Source: Podarcis vaucheri (taxonomy: Eukaryota). Taken from it: a stretch of DNA of 64,000 bases. The DNA is taken from NCBI GenBank assembly GCA_965113315.1, contig OZ220370.1; one strand, 5' to 3'. Positions 11,203 to 23,842 of the stretch are shown here, piece after piece (the stretch's first letter is position 1; each line of letters begins with the position of its first letter). The notes beneath the pieces are model-generated. The model worked only from the letters and a program-made list of their open reading frames with translations, made no database searches and had not been told where the DNA came from. Both the position numbers and the translations under genes were made by a program.

Positions 11203-11979
11203 TGTTGTGGTGTGGTCTGCCAGGCCAACCCTCTGTTGCCAGGCAGGTTAAAGGGTATTGCCTGGAGCAACGATTGGATGGCCGGGTTGCTGGGGCAAAT
11301 TGCATGTTGCAATTGGGTGGGTGGGACCAAAAGCTTTAAATATTGGGTCACTCCGCTTTTGCTTTCTCTTTCGTTGAGTGCATCGGATCACCCACCCGCC
11401 CTGAGTTCCGGTTGACCTTGCTATGCCTGTCATGGGGTCGCCTGCCATTGGGGCAGGGGCCTAGTAGGAATTTTGTCCATTTGGCTGATTGGCTGGTGCC
11501 ATTCGGTTTTTGCCTACTACCTAGCAATTCATCACAACTTGTAAGGTTGCGGTTAGGCATTGGTTATAAAAATTGATGGAGGAGGGGTAAGGATAGGCTG
11601 GGCCTGCCCCTCCAATGGTGGTGTGCAAGGGAATTCTGTTAAAGGAATCCTGGGGCTTGCCATGATTTCGTCCAGTCCCTGAAATGGGACCAGGGCCTGT
11701 AAGCCTTGGGGAGCAGGTTGGGTGAGCGGTGAGGGCCTGGGACCCAGCTCAACTGCTCCCCAATATTGTTTTCCCTTCACTGGCTTCCGAGGGAGTTTGG
11801 AAAGTCAGTTCTGTCCCAGGCGGGGGAACAGGTAGTCTTAACCAATGCCTAAGCAACCACTCACTGATTATGTATTTTAATAAAGTTGTGGCCAAAATTA
11901 TGCCAAAAACCTTAAACAAAAATTATGTGTGAATTGTGAATTATTTTGAGGGGTGGCTTGGGGACCTCAACACGCAACA
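11203..11979 (+). mobile_element. LTR-like structured repeat, copy C (uninterrupted, 777 bp)
   Basis: TG..CA termini with short inverted repeat TGTTGTG / CGCAACA; TATA-like TTTAAATA at ~11335; AATAAA 11879-11884; no clear 4-6 bp TSD. Confidence 0.8.
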
Positions 11980-12955
11980 TTTGGAGAGCACTAGCGTTGG
12001 GGAAAGCTCTTACAATGTGTCTTGTAACTGTGATATGTAGCAATTGCATTATGTTAAACTGCTCAGGCTTTATGATTCAAGGCAGGCTATCAGAGCTGAA
12101 GAATCATATCCCAAAACCGAAACGTTAAAAGTCTCTCTTCCTTGGGAGTTAATAAAATTCAACTCTCATTTCATAGTTGATGCTAATGATTTGGCACTTT
12201 TTATACTTAGAGGGATGCCTAATTCAAAGCAAATGTTTTCCAATTATTACTTGAAGGCTTCATTAGCTCCCCTAATTTCCTGTTGTCTTTGGAGGGATTT
12301 GCTCAGGTGAAAACTTCTATTTAGCTTTGCCTTGTTAGACACCCAGTGAAACTAGACTTTGGAAGAATGCTCCTTCTGAATGGACAAATGGCAGAGGAGC
12401 ACTTCGATGAATGAAAGCCACAGTGGTTTTGTTTCCTGTGGGAATGTTCTAGAACCATCTTTTAATAGAAAAAATATTTCTACATGTTCCACCACCACCA
12501 CCTCACTCTGCCATAAACTTACTGGTAGCATATTTGTCAAATCACTTGAGGAAAGAGCTAGAGCTGTCTAGAAAAACAAGGAAGTGCTAATTAAATTCCC
12601 TTCCATCTTCCCCAGTATTTCAGCAATGACTTCTGATAATGATTTGGATATCAGGAGGACATTGTCTATCACTAGGAATATTCAGAATTTCTCCCTGCAA
12701 GTAGCCTTGTGGATACTACTCTGTGTGATGTCAAGGGAAGAGAGCTTAAAATGTTTGTTCCCCTGTGGGAGGTTTGGCCATATTTCTGTCCCTTCAGGCT
12801 GGTCCTGAGTCAAAATGCATTATGCGCCCAGCATACCAGTCACTCTAACTCCCCATAATTCTAACTCCCCAAAAGCCTTGGAGAAGGGGAGAACACTCAC
12901 TTCCACACCAGAATGATGCCACAAGACCTCTCTTTTGCGAGGAAAGACATATGCT

Positions 12956-13380
12956 GCTGTTGTTTAGTCATTTAGTCATGTCCAACTCTTTGTGACCCCA
13001 TGGACCAGAGCATACCAGGCACTCCTGTCTTTCACTACCTCCCGCAGTTTGGTTAAACTCATGCTGGTAGCTTCAAGAACACTATCCAACCATCTCGTCC
13101 TCTGTCGTCCCCTTCTCCTTGTGCCCTCCATCTTTCCCAACATCAGGGTCTTTTCCAGGGAATCTTCTCTTCTCATGAGGTGGCCAAAGTATTGGAGCCT
13201 CAGCTTCAGGGTCTGTCCTTCCAGTGGGCACTCAGGGCTGATTTCCTTCAGAATGGATAGGTTTGATCTTCTTGCAGTCCATGGGACTTTCAAAAGTCTC
13301 CTCCAGCACCATAATTCAAAAGCATCAATTCTTCGGCGATCAACCTTCTTTATGGTCCAGCTCTCACTTCCATACATCAT
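12956..13380 (-). mobile_element. BovB (RTE-clade) LINE 3' fragment
   Basis: Minus-strand ORF YGSESWTIKK..RIDAFELWCWRRLL..EKTLMLGK..GRQRTRWLDS..W.ALVHGVTKS is BovB ORF C-terminus; 10-bp TSD GACATATGCT (12946-12955, 13381-13390). Confidence 0.95.
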
Positions 13381-14556
13381 GACATATGCTAATGTACCAT
13401 AATTCTCTGCTTCGAATCCAGGGACCTACAAACTTTATCCACAGGAAATTACACTCCCCAAGACATGTGTTAGGAGCAAGTGGAGGAAGAAGCTAGGAAT
13501 CGTTATGCAGTTCAGATTTTAAAATATTCTTTTCTTTGAGGTGAGCTTTAAGAGTCCCCAAAGCTGACATTCAAGTCCAAGCTCATTGAGCTTTCCTGGC
13601 ATCTTGAGTTATTAGTGACACTGTAATCTTTACTTCATCCAATAATTATCAAAGCTTCGCCTCTTATTTATATAGCTTTCTGCTACTTTCCCTGCACCGC
13701 TCACATACTTTATCAAACCTAGAGGGCTGGCATATTTCTCTGCATTTTGAAGAGGATTTTATTTGTATATTTTTTTGCCTTTAAAACCAATTAACAGAAG
13801 AGGAAGAAAAGTAGCTGTTTCATAATGTTGCCAACATAAAAGAACTGAAGCATTAGGCGATGACAGGGTCCTATGTTATTCTGGTGCATTAAATTGCTCC
13901 ACGTGATAGCTTTAGATGTGTGAAAAACAGAGTTACTAAAATTTTCATCCCATGGGCTGTGATTAGCCTTGCTGAAATTCCTCTACTAAACAGCATCATG
14001 ATGTTAGCCTTAGTGATGCAGCCAAAGAGCTATCTAATTAGAAAGTCAAACGAAGAGACATATCTACTGGATTAGTGCATCAGTATAGCAATATCTTTCC
14101 TAACCCAAACACAAGTAGCATTAAACCTTTTATGTTTTATATCCGTTACCTCCAGGTTCAGGACAAATGCCTCCAAATATCTATTATTTAAGTGGTGGCA
14201 AACAACAGAGAGGGGTATTGCCTCTTTAGCTTTCCAGAAGCTTCTAGTAGGCTACTGTTAGAAACAGGATTTGTTTTTATTTTAACAATTTGGCATACAG
14301 GAGACTCAATACAACGGATTTAAAAAGGAAATCAAATGCTGGATTAGAATCTTGGCAAGAAAGAAATCACACTTAACCACCCACCCCCCTATAAAATCTT
14401 AGTCACAGTTGTTCTATATAAAGATAATATTTTTTTCCTCTTTCTTTCGTATGCATTCACTTTGAACTTTGATCTTTGAAAAGTTTTTTTCATATTTTTG
14501 TTGTCAGATTTTTTAAAAAATATTTCTCAGTTACTGTGAAGTTGGAGAAGCAATTA

Positions 14557-14816
14557 CCGTGTTTTTTGCTCTATAAGACTCACTTTTTCCCTCCTATAAA
14601 GTAAGGGGAAATGTGTGTGCGTCTTATGGAGCGAATGCAGGCTGTGCAGCTATCCCAGAAGCCAGAACAGCAAGAGGAATTGCCGCTTTCACTGCGCAGC
14701 GATCCCTCTTGCTGTTCTGACTTCTGAGATTCAGAATATATTTTTTTCTTGTTTTCCTCCTCCAAAAACTAGGTGCGTCTTGTGGTCTGGTGCGTCTTAT
14801 AGAGCGGAAAATACGG
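14557..14816. mobile_element. Tc1/mariner-superfamily MITE
   Basis: ~27-bp TIR CCGTGTTTTTTGCTCTATAAGACTCAC / GTGCGTCTTATAGAGCGGAAAATACGG, TA on both flanks. Confidence 0.9.
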
Positions 14817-15308
14817 TAAGAGGATGGCTACTTCAGTTCTTGTGGAGAATATATCATTTTAAATATAAAAAAAACTTCTTGCCTGTGAAGCGATGAATTT
14901 GATTAATTTTCTGTAGAATTAAAAGAAATTCTCATTGAAAATATGCACATGAACTGCATTGCTTTCTGTTTTAGGTATCATTCTTATTTAGGATGACTTG
15001 CTTGTTTGAGCTATCCCCTGTAAGGAGTACATGGGATATAGTTTTTATTTATATCTTGGAAAGACAAAGGCCAATGTATACAAAACCCTGTTGTGCATTT
15101 GGCCATGAAGAGGTCTATCAAGATTACTGTGAAGAGGCTTATTAAGAATGTGCCTTTAACTAAGTGTTGCCAGCTTGGAGGCTGGGATCTGCCCCCAGAA
15201 CATAGCTACCTCCAAAACATTCATGCTCCTTAAATGCAGCAGATGTTTCCTGAATGTGAAGCTCACCTGCGAGGGTATGGTTTCAAGGCTACATGATGTT
15301 TTTCAAGC

Positions 15309-15309
<1 letters not shown>

Positions 15310-15353
<44 letters not shown>
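15310..15353. repeat. (ATT)n microsatellite
   Basis: Directly visible. Confidence 0.95.
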
Positions 15354-18022
15354 GAATTAACATTTGTGTTGGTGTTCTTTAAGTCACCACAGGCATACGC
15401 TAGGGCAGGAATCTGGATTGGAGTCAGGCATGAAGGTAAAGGGATCACCTCAGCATTTACTTTTAAAAATAAAAATAGAATAAGCATGCACTTGCTAATT
15501 GCATGAATAACATCATTTGTTTGTACCTCAGGCCACCATAAACAGTTTATGGGCTGGAATTAAAGTGCTCATCTTAATTTTAAAGCTGCATGTTGCTTAG
15601 AACCAGGATTTTTGTGGGTGATTTTTCTCTCACATGAGCTCCCAAAGAACTGTTGGCACGCAGAGGGTCGCAAGGCCAGCTGGCTAGCCCCAGCTGGGTC
15701 ATCTCCTTCCAGCCGTCCTGCTGTGAAGACCAATCGGCCTCTGCTCCAGTGTAAATCAGTGACCCAGGCTTCAAAGGCAGGGCACACTATATCAGCCGAG
15801 TGAACTGCGCACACAGAATAGGCATGAGGCTTGTGGAAGCATACTACAACTACAGATTTATTAATCATAAATCAGGACAAAGAAACATGTCGTCTCTCTC
15901 TTTGTCTTCTCAGAGAGGCAGAGAGAAGCAAAAGCTATACACACAACAGAAGTTCCCAGCAAGCTGTGCTGGTATGTAAACAGACATGTGACATGCAACA
16001 GTTCCATGTCTGCAACTAAAGGTGGAATAAAATTTTCCAACAGGAGCTGCAATCAGAACATGATGTCCTTCCTTGGTTTCCACCAGTTTCTGAGATAATA
16101 ATTGCTCTTATTAGACACAGAGTTTCCTCAGTGGTTTCTGCTTGGCCGTGGGATTCCCACCCCAACCCCGGTTGAAAGTGACCTACCAGATCTATGCTAA
16201 AATAGTGCTAATTGAAACCTTAAAATATTGTGGTAAACGGGGGGGGGGGAGCCAAGGAAGATATTTGCTTACATAATATTATGGAAAACAAAACTCAGCT
16301 TCATTTCTGATTGGCCAAGAGGTGGGAGAGGAGTGAATTTACCTGCATAGGTAAATCTAATTAGTGACTGGGAGGAGAGTTGGAATAATGATGGAGAAAG
16401 AGCTAAAAACCAGGAAAATGACATCAGTCTAGAAAGCTGCAGAGGACTCATGACCAGAGACAAAAGATGCTCAGCTGGCCAAGGGATTAGGATGAGCTGA
16501 AACTGCTTTAAGTAGAGAGAAAGTCTAGATTTAGGTATATATTGATGTGTCTTTACTGCTCTTATGTTTAATTGTTAAAGCTATTCTGAAATCTGCCCTT
16601 GCTCAAATTGCTGCCTTTCAAAAACCTTCAGTGAAAGTTAATTTTCTTCTGGGTTAACTTTGGTATGATGCCTTGTGTTTTACCCTGTGCCTAATTGTGT
16701 TACCACACAGCACAGTACAGTGAGTGGGCAAAGTCAGCCAGTTCCAGAAATTAAAGGGCTGTTTAATGAAAGCCAGGAAATATATATAAACCACTTGGGG
16801 ACAGCAGTGAGGACCAGAGAGGAGATTGGGTTCTCTGGTTTTCTCCCTTCCAGCAGTGTGGGCTGTAGCAATTCATGATGCATGTGAATAAACTATTTAT
16901 TTTTTTAATGCCAGTTGGCTCAAAATGTGTTAGGTCTGGTGTTGTATTAATTCATCCAGTACTCACCGCACTCTGCATCTATTCCAATGCATGTCTATGT
17001 TTCGTTTTTCCTAATATTCTTATTTGGAGAACTCTCCTCTTGTCTTACTACTGTGAAGCAAATGATAAATGAATACCAAGTGAGGAGATGCTCGAATCTC
17101 ATTGCTTCATGTTGTTTCATAGGTCTGGAAGCAAGTACAGTTCTTGGACAATGCACTGAAGGACATCCAGGACATGCTGCGGGAAAGGACCATTTAATTA
17201 AATATCACTGACCTATTTGTAGAGATTTGAGACATTTTTAGTTGCTCCAATATATTAGCTGAAATTCCTCTCACTGTATTTTTCGGCGGCATGCCTACAC
17301 ATTTTTGAAAGTGACCCTCGTTCCTCAGTGGTGTGTCACAGGAAAACAAATCGCAACTCTTTGCCATTCCCTTTCAATGTCAATATTGCCTTAGGGGCTG
17401 GCACTTGGCAGCTTGAGAGGGCTCGACACTTCTTGTGTCTGAGAAGAGCTTGTCAGCAAGATGGAAGACCTTCCCCGGCAAAAATCTTCGCTTCCAGGTA
17501 GAGGTAATGCAAACTCAAATTACCGTTTGGCCATGTCCAAACATGAATGCGTGAGGGGGAGAGGAGAAGGGGGGAAAGTACAAGTAGCCAGGATGAAACA
17601 TGTCCTTTGAGGAAACGTATTATTACCTCAGGACATGTTTGCTCAGATATGGACTAGCCTGAGGCAATGAGTTGTTCATAGCTATAGTCCAGAACCAAAG
17701 CTTTTGTGGCTCCAGTCTTTCTTATCTGTGCTGTTTCACCTTTGCAGGAGAATTAATAGATTTTCTTTCTACTGACACTCCATTCTTGAGACGAAGACAG
17801 GATTTGTACTGTTCCCCCTTTAGCTGCTTTCCCACAAATTGGATTATTTAGGTAATCTCAAATAGCTACATGGTTGATGCTACGCAGGCTGGCAGGAAAG
17901 CCGCCTGGTAAATTCTAAGCACAAGTGACGGTGCTGCTGAGATGAATACATGCCTGGCTACATTTCACAACACTAACTAGCACATTTCCCAGCAACATTG
18001 AATTCACCTGTAAGTATCATGG

Positions 18023-18299
18023 TGTCAGGAGCTGGGCAGAGGAGGAGGAGTGGTGGAGATCACGTTCCCATCCTGACCCCTCCGTGGAGGAGGAAGAGGA
18101 AGACAGTATAGATTACAACTGTGGTTTGCGGGAGGTCGCAGCTCAGAGGCAGATGAGGGGGAAAGTTGGGAAATCATGGGAGAGCCAGAACAACACCCAT
18201 CTGACATGTTGTCATTAGAAAGCATTCCAGACCCACCATCTCCCAGAACCCAGCAAACCTGAAAAGTAGGAGAGCAAAGAGCTCAAAGACAGAGGGCAC
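18023..18299 (+). mobile_element. LTR-like repeat (TGTCAGG start), truncated copy
   Basis: Begins TGTCAGG; aligns over ~280 bp with 18899-19165 (GGAGGAGGAAGAGGAAGACAGTATAG, TGTCATTAGAAAGCATTCCAGACCC, GGAGAGCAAAGAGCTCAAAGACAGAGGGCAC). Confidence 0.6.
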
Positions 18300-18898
18300 A
18301 TATTCCTGGATCCTTATCTTCTACTTCTTGGTTATTTTTTCAAATACAGAGAAAAACCTGCTATAGAGAAAGGAAATGTGGTTGTATGAATCAGTCCCAA
18401 AGGAAATGTGGTTGTATGAATACATCCCAAAGTCACACATAAACTCGATAATTTGATGGGTGCAGGGTTGTGAATGTATATCTATTGGCCTCAACTTGAT
18501 AGGTTACAAACTGACAAACCAATCTAAAACTTTCCCCCAATAGTAAAAGTTAATATATCCCCCCAAAAAAACTATTCATCACCTATTATGCAGATCCATC
18601 TTGACAGTGCTGAGATGCAGTCTGACTGTTACCTGTTTTGGACTTTACCAAGACTTAAAGCGTATCCTCTTTGTGACATCACACATGACATCAGAATGGC
18701 ATGTTTGCATTCAACCTAGACTATCTCCATGCCAACAGCAATGGCCAGTAAACTTCTGCAACCAGGTAACCATCAGCCTGACTACCCAGTTGTTTCTATC
18801 TAGACTATTGGATATTTATTTTTTGCTCTCATAATCAAAGCCTGAAGAAGAGCTGTGTATAATCTGAAAACCTGCTTCCACTGTTAAAGAAAACTAAT

Positions 18899-19510
18899 TG
18901 TCAGGGACTGGGCAGAGGGGAAATGGTGGAGACCTCCTCCCCATCCTGACCCTTTCAGGGAGGAGGAAGAGGAAGACAGTATAGCTTTACAACAAGGGCA
19001 TGAGGGGGGTAGCAGCTCATAGGTAGGTGAGGGGGAAATCATGGAAGAGCCAAAAACAACACCCAGCTGACACATTGTCATTAGAAAGCATTCCAGACCC
19101 TCCATCTCCCCGAACCTGGCAAGCCTTAACAGTAGGAGAGCAAAGAGCTCAAAGACAGAGGGCACTTAGCGGCACCCATAGAGGAGGTAATGATGATGAT
19201 GATGAAGAGGAAGTGGGAGAGATGGGGTGTGGAGATTCACTCAGGACTCTTGGCTCCCCACCAGCATGTCCATTGCTGGAACTGAGATAACCCCATATGC
19301 TACGAACTTGTACAAAAGGAGGCATCGTACTGGTGCTGGCGGGGAGCCAAGTTTGACTAGTCCTGCCTGCACCGCAATCGTAGCAATGCCGTAAGCTTGG
19401 GTCTCCACGCCAGTAATTTCCTCAATCTCCACTTGCTCTTGAACATATTTTTCCTTATGGTTTGATTTCCCCCTCCCCAGGCTTCCCTCCAAGGCTGGAT
19501 CTAGACACAT
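18899..19510 (+). mobile_element. LTR-like repeat (TGTCAGG start), longer copy
   Basis: Same start and homology as 18023-18299; continues in CpG-containing sequence; right boundary uncertain. Confidence 0.55.
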
Positions 19511-22315
19511 CAAAAAAAACATTTCAGGAAAATGCATTGTAAAGCAAATAATGGGAAATCACATTGGCAAAGGTTCAAACTCTACAGTGCCATCTAGAAT
19601 CACACACATTTATTTTTTACTGATGTAACTGAGTCCCTAAATTTCCTCTGTCAGCACCTGAACAAAGCACTAGTCCTTACATGTAAAGCTGTCACCTTTC
19701 TACTGATTTATCTATCTAGAACAGCATACAGAAATGTCCTCATAGATGGCCAACTGGGGTACACAGTATCCCACCCTTAACTTAATGAATATGTAACACC
19801 ATGAGACTTTGATGTATTTATTTGTTTCAGTGCACTGTACTTTTGGGGGGGGGATGATGTTTTCTCTCAGTTTTTGTTTTCAGTTATTAATTATGCTTAA
19901 TGTATGCTTTAGATATTATGTTTTCCCTTAATCACTTGTCATTCCTTCCCTTTGGCTATATCTCGCTGTGAATTAGATCACTGAGCAGTATATATATATT
20001 TTTGCCCCAACTAAAATATCTCATCTCTGTGATGCTGATAACAAGTGTTTTGTTTATTTAAATCATGACTGGACTAAATTTCTTCACACGCAAAACCCAC
20101 CCTCATTTAAAACCCACAGTCTCTGCTGCACACGATCCCTGCAGGCAAAGATTTATTGTGTTTAATATATTTTAAGGCTATCACACAACAAGTAATTCAT
20201 CTCTTTGGGGGTGGGTATGTTTACTTAAAATGAAAGGGAGGAAATACATTTATGTTTGTCTCAATGCTTCTTGCCTGTCCGCCCCTCCAGCAAAAGAAAC
20301 AGCTCAGTCTGTAAACAAATATCAGCCACACGATGCCTGAAATTCCATGGAGTTTCCTTAAGTAGATATTATTTGATATATATTATGGGCTAGACTCTCG
20401 TGTGACCAATAAACAAAACTCAGGCCATAAGTATGCAATAGGGTCGTGTCACTTCAGATTCCACTTCAGTGCTACAGACAGGAGCCTGATTCATTTTGGA
20501 CCATTTAAACATCCATTGCATTTCAGATTCTGAAAACTTGAGACTTTGGATATCTCCCTGTTGTCTATAATGGAGACATCAAAAACAGCTTGTGTGTTTT
20601 TTTAAAAAAATGTAAAAGTATACATTTGCAAAGAGAAAAGATTGCATTAAGTGAGAGGTTCCACTCTAGGTGAATGCGGAAGACTGGTGTTTTTCTATTT
20701 CAGAGGGTTTAGGCTACCTGATGATTCATCACTGGAAACCCAAGCAAATCTCTCATGAGCAGCAAACTGAAGCCTGAGAAACTCAGCATCTTTGTGGGAA
20801 GCCAGCAAAGATATTGCCAGCTAAGTGTGTTGGGGAAAGGAGCTTCTCAGAGAGAAGTTTTTGGACTGTGTTGTTGTTGTTTGTGGCATGTGGTCCACTT
20901 GCACAACAGAACTTTCCTCCCTCTGTGCCCCCCATGCCTTCTAAATATGCTCTGTGGGATAGGGAGAACCCCAGAACAGGTATAGGGAGGTGGAAGTCCC
21001 ATTTTATGAGCCAACACTTGTTCTCTGCACATATTCTTTTATTGCTACATCAAACTCCACTCTGACGCTATGCCGGCGAAGTGCTTTGAGTTCCCTAAAG
21101 CGCAAGATAAATCCGAAGTGTTCTCAACTACTGTAATACTGTTGAGCTCATACACTCCTTTTTGAGGATCATCGAGGCCTGTTCTTTTTAATCAAGCAGT
21201 TGCAAGAGAATCCGCAATCGCTGCTATCAGGCATGATTCTAAAAAGTTTGACTTCTTAATACACACTTCACTCTGCACTGCCATAATCAGTCTGGGATTC
21301 TTATCGTGATTTCTCCCCTCTATTGTTTTCAATATCAAAGAGAAAGCAATCACGGAAAGGCTTTTGTTCTACCAGAGAACTTTAAGCAGGCTGATTAAGT
21401 TGCAAAGGGCATTCTGGAGCCCCTTGTCTCCAGGAAGGAATTTGCAAAGGATGCTTCAATTATTTTGAGAGAAGTGTCCGTGCTTTCCTGACCATGTGTG
21501 TGTGTGTGTGTCCTTTTAAAAACATTGAATAAAAAAAGAACAAAAAGGACAAGAAACCGTCTAATCAAAATTCATGTGTTTGTGAAAGTGACTTTGATAA
21601 CAGAGTCAGAAAAGATGACTTCTCAGATGTGACCAACCTTTTGGAAACCTCATGCCGTCTGGCGTGTTCTTTAGCATGGTTTGTGTCTTATTTTCAGTCC
21701 CTCACTCCTCCGGTGCCAGGAAGAAGCTGGCGGGTGGTGGCTGAAGGCCTCATTGAAGATTGGCTTGACTCACAGGAATGCCACCTCCTGCTGGTTCATT
21801 TTCCTATTGGCTGGCTATTATTAAAGTTAACCAGGCAACAATAGCAAACCTATAGGAAAACCTTGCGGGAAGCTGATTTTTCGTTGTCAGCTCGGATTCC
21901 TCTGACTTAAGACACAGGAAATGATTGTGTTTCCCATACCTGCTGTTATTTCTTCCTCCTGCTACTAATTAATCCCTGCAAAGCAAGTGATGGCCATATT
22001 AATTGTTTTCTTGCCTGCATTCCAGGCTCAGTGTGCTTGTTTTGTGATGGAATGGGCTAGCTAAATTCTTTTTGCAGCTTTTGGTTATTATATATTGTTT
22101 ACAATGCCATCTCTAGAAGGGATTTCAGGTTTTAAAGAAATGCTATACTTTGATGAAGAAGATGACTTGAGTAGACACTTTGGGTAGTGATGTAATAGAG
22201 CTATACGAAAAGCACTGTTCTCACCTCATTTATTAATTTTTGGATTCTAGGTTGCAGAGGTTCTAAGGTTGGGTTCTAGGGGCAGAGACCTTTCTTGATT
22301 GTACCAAAAAGATCA

Positions 22316-22360
<45 letters not shown>
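22316..22360. repeat. (ATT)n microsatellite
   Basis: Directly visible. Confidence 0.95.
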
Positions 22361-22363
<3 letters not shown>

Positions 22364-22489
22364 TGACATGCTGTTTTCAAGTGTTCCAAACACTGTGGAT
22401 ACATTACTTCAGTAATTTTTCTGTCCAGTGCTTTTTTTCTAGAAAAACAGGTGACGGTACTCACCATGAAGTTGTTACAGTAATTTTTT

Positions 22490-22545
22490 TTATATTTGTT
22501 GGAAGCTGCCCAGAGTGGCTGGGGCAACCCAGTCAGATGGACAGG

Positions 22546-22589
<44 letters not shown>
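22490..22589 (+). mobile_element. L2-type 3' terminal fragment with (AAT)n tail
   Basis: TTGTTGGAAGCTGCCCAGAGTGGCTGGGGCAACCCAGTCAGATGG plus (AAT)n. Confidence 0.75.
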
Positions 22590-23439
22590 GAATTAGGATG
22601 TCCTTATTTTTATCAGAGAAATGATGGGTGGTATGCCATAGGTAAGGAATCTGACACTGGCACAAATGGCAGCTTCTCACCTAACAGAAATACCAGGTGT
22701 GAGTGTGCGGTTTTCCTCAGGCTTGCAGGGTGAGAGTAAATGTTACGCTGCCCTACCAACCCACTCACATCAGCTATTTAAAGTGGGAAGAAACCATGGA
22801 ATGATAAATTACAGATTTAACTTAATATGTAGTTGTTTTGCTCTGACAGGCTCATGGATTATGGTGAATGCTTCCTTCATGTTGGATTTATTTGTACGAC
22901 ATGGCACCCAGATACAAAAGTGATAAATGCCTTAGACGCTCAAAAACAAATAAATAAAACAATTAGGAGGCATTCTTTCGCTTCCCCCTTCCTCTTTTTC
23001 TCTTAATGATTCTTTGCTATACTTCATTAGTAGCGCTCATTACTCATCACTGTCTGCCATGCAAAAGGCAATTCCGCACAGCGTTGTGTATTTTTCCCGT
23101 AATAGTTCATGCTGAGTCAACATCTCATTCAGTGTCATTTATGTAGTTTTCATAATGAGCTCCTAAAATAAACACAAAAGACAATTAGCTTTATGCATAT
23201 GACAAATTATTCACACTCAGCGGATGAAGCAGTCAGGTAAAAAGGAAAGGGGCCCCACCAGGCCTTAGCAAACTAACGTCAGTCTCCAATTACTCCATCT
23301 GTACACAGCGGCTCAGGAGACTCAAGGTGGACTTTGATTAGACGCTCTTCTTTCTGTCAATTTGCTAGGATTTACGTTAATGCTCAGTGTTCCATCATAA
23401 AATGCCTAACACTTAATGGATCTGAAGACTGGTTTCTGG

Positions 23440-23598
23440 GAGGTAAATAAGCAGCAGGAGAGAGCTATTGCCTTCATCCATGTCTGCCAAGATGGTTGGG
23501 GGCTTCCCAGTAGCATCTGGCGAGCTGCTGTGAGAAGTAGGATGTTGAAATAGGTGAACCTTTGGTCTCACCCAGCAGGGCTGTTCTTCTGTTCTTAA
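23440..23598 (+). mobile_element. Old CR1-type 3' fragment
   Basis: GGCTTCCCAGTAGCATCTGG..CTGTGAGAA..GGATG..TTGGTCT..CCAGCAGGGCTGTTCTTCTGTTCTTA resembles an old reptilian CR1 3' end. Confidence 0.5.
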
Positions 23599-23842
23599 CT
23601 GAAAGGAAACAAATTTAAGTGAAGTGGGATTGTGGTGATTGCTGCTGCTAACCGTGTCTGTTCGCATAGTGTACTTTTATCCCAATATTCATCTGAAAAA
23701 GTCTCCCAGGGTGATTTGCAACAATCAGTAAGCTCAAGTAATCCATTTCCTCTGGCTGACAGACTCAAAGACGTGTGGCACAAAAGGAATGAGGACTGGG
23801 ATGAACAAGGAAAAAAGCAAACTCAGTCACTTGCAAGGTTCA

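Noticed and set aside
12956-13380. BovB as evidence of a new horizontal transfer or of contamination
   Set aside because: BovB is an established resident of squamate genomes; copies have TSDs in lizard-type context.
22276-22733. Poly-Leu/Ile/Glu/Tyr/Asn ORFs here and at 35105-35321, 47676-47926, 53133-53468, 59682-59912
   Set aside because: Translations of trinucleotide microsatellites.
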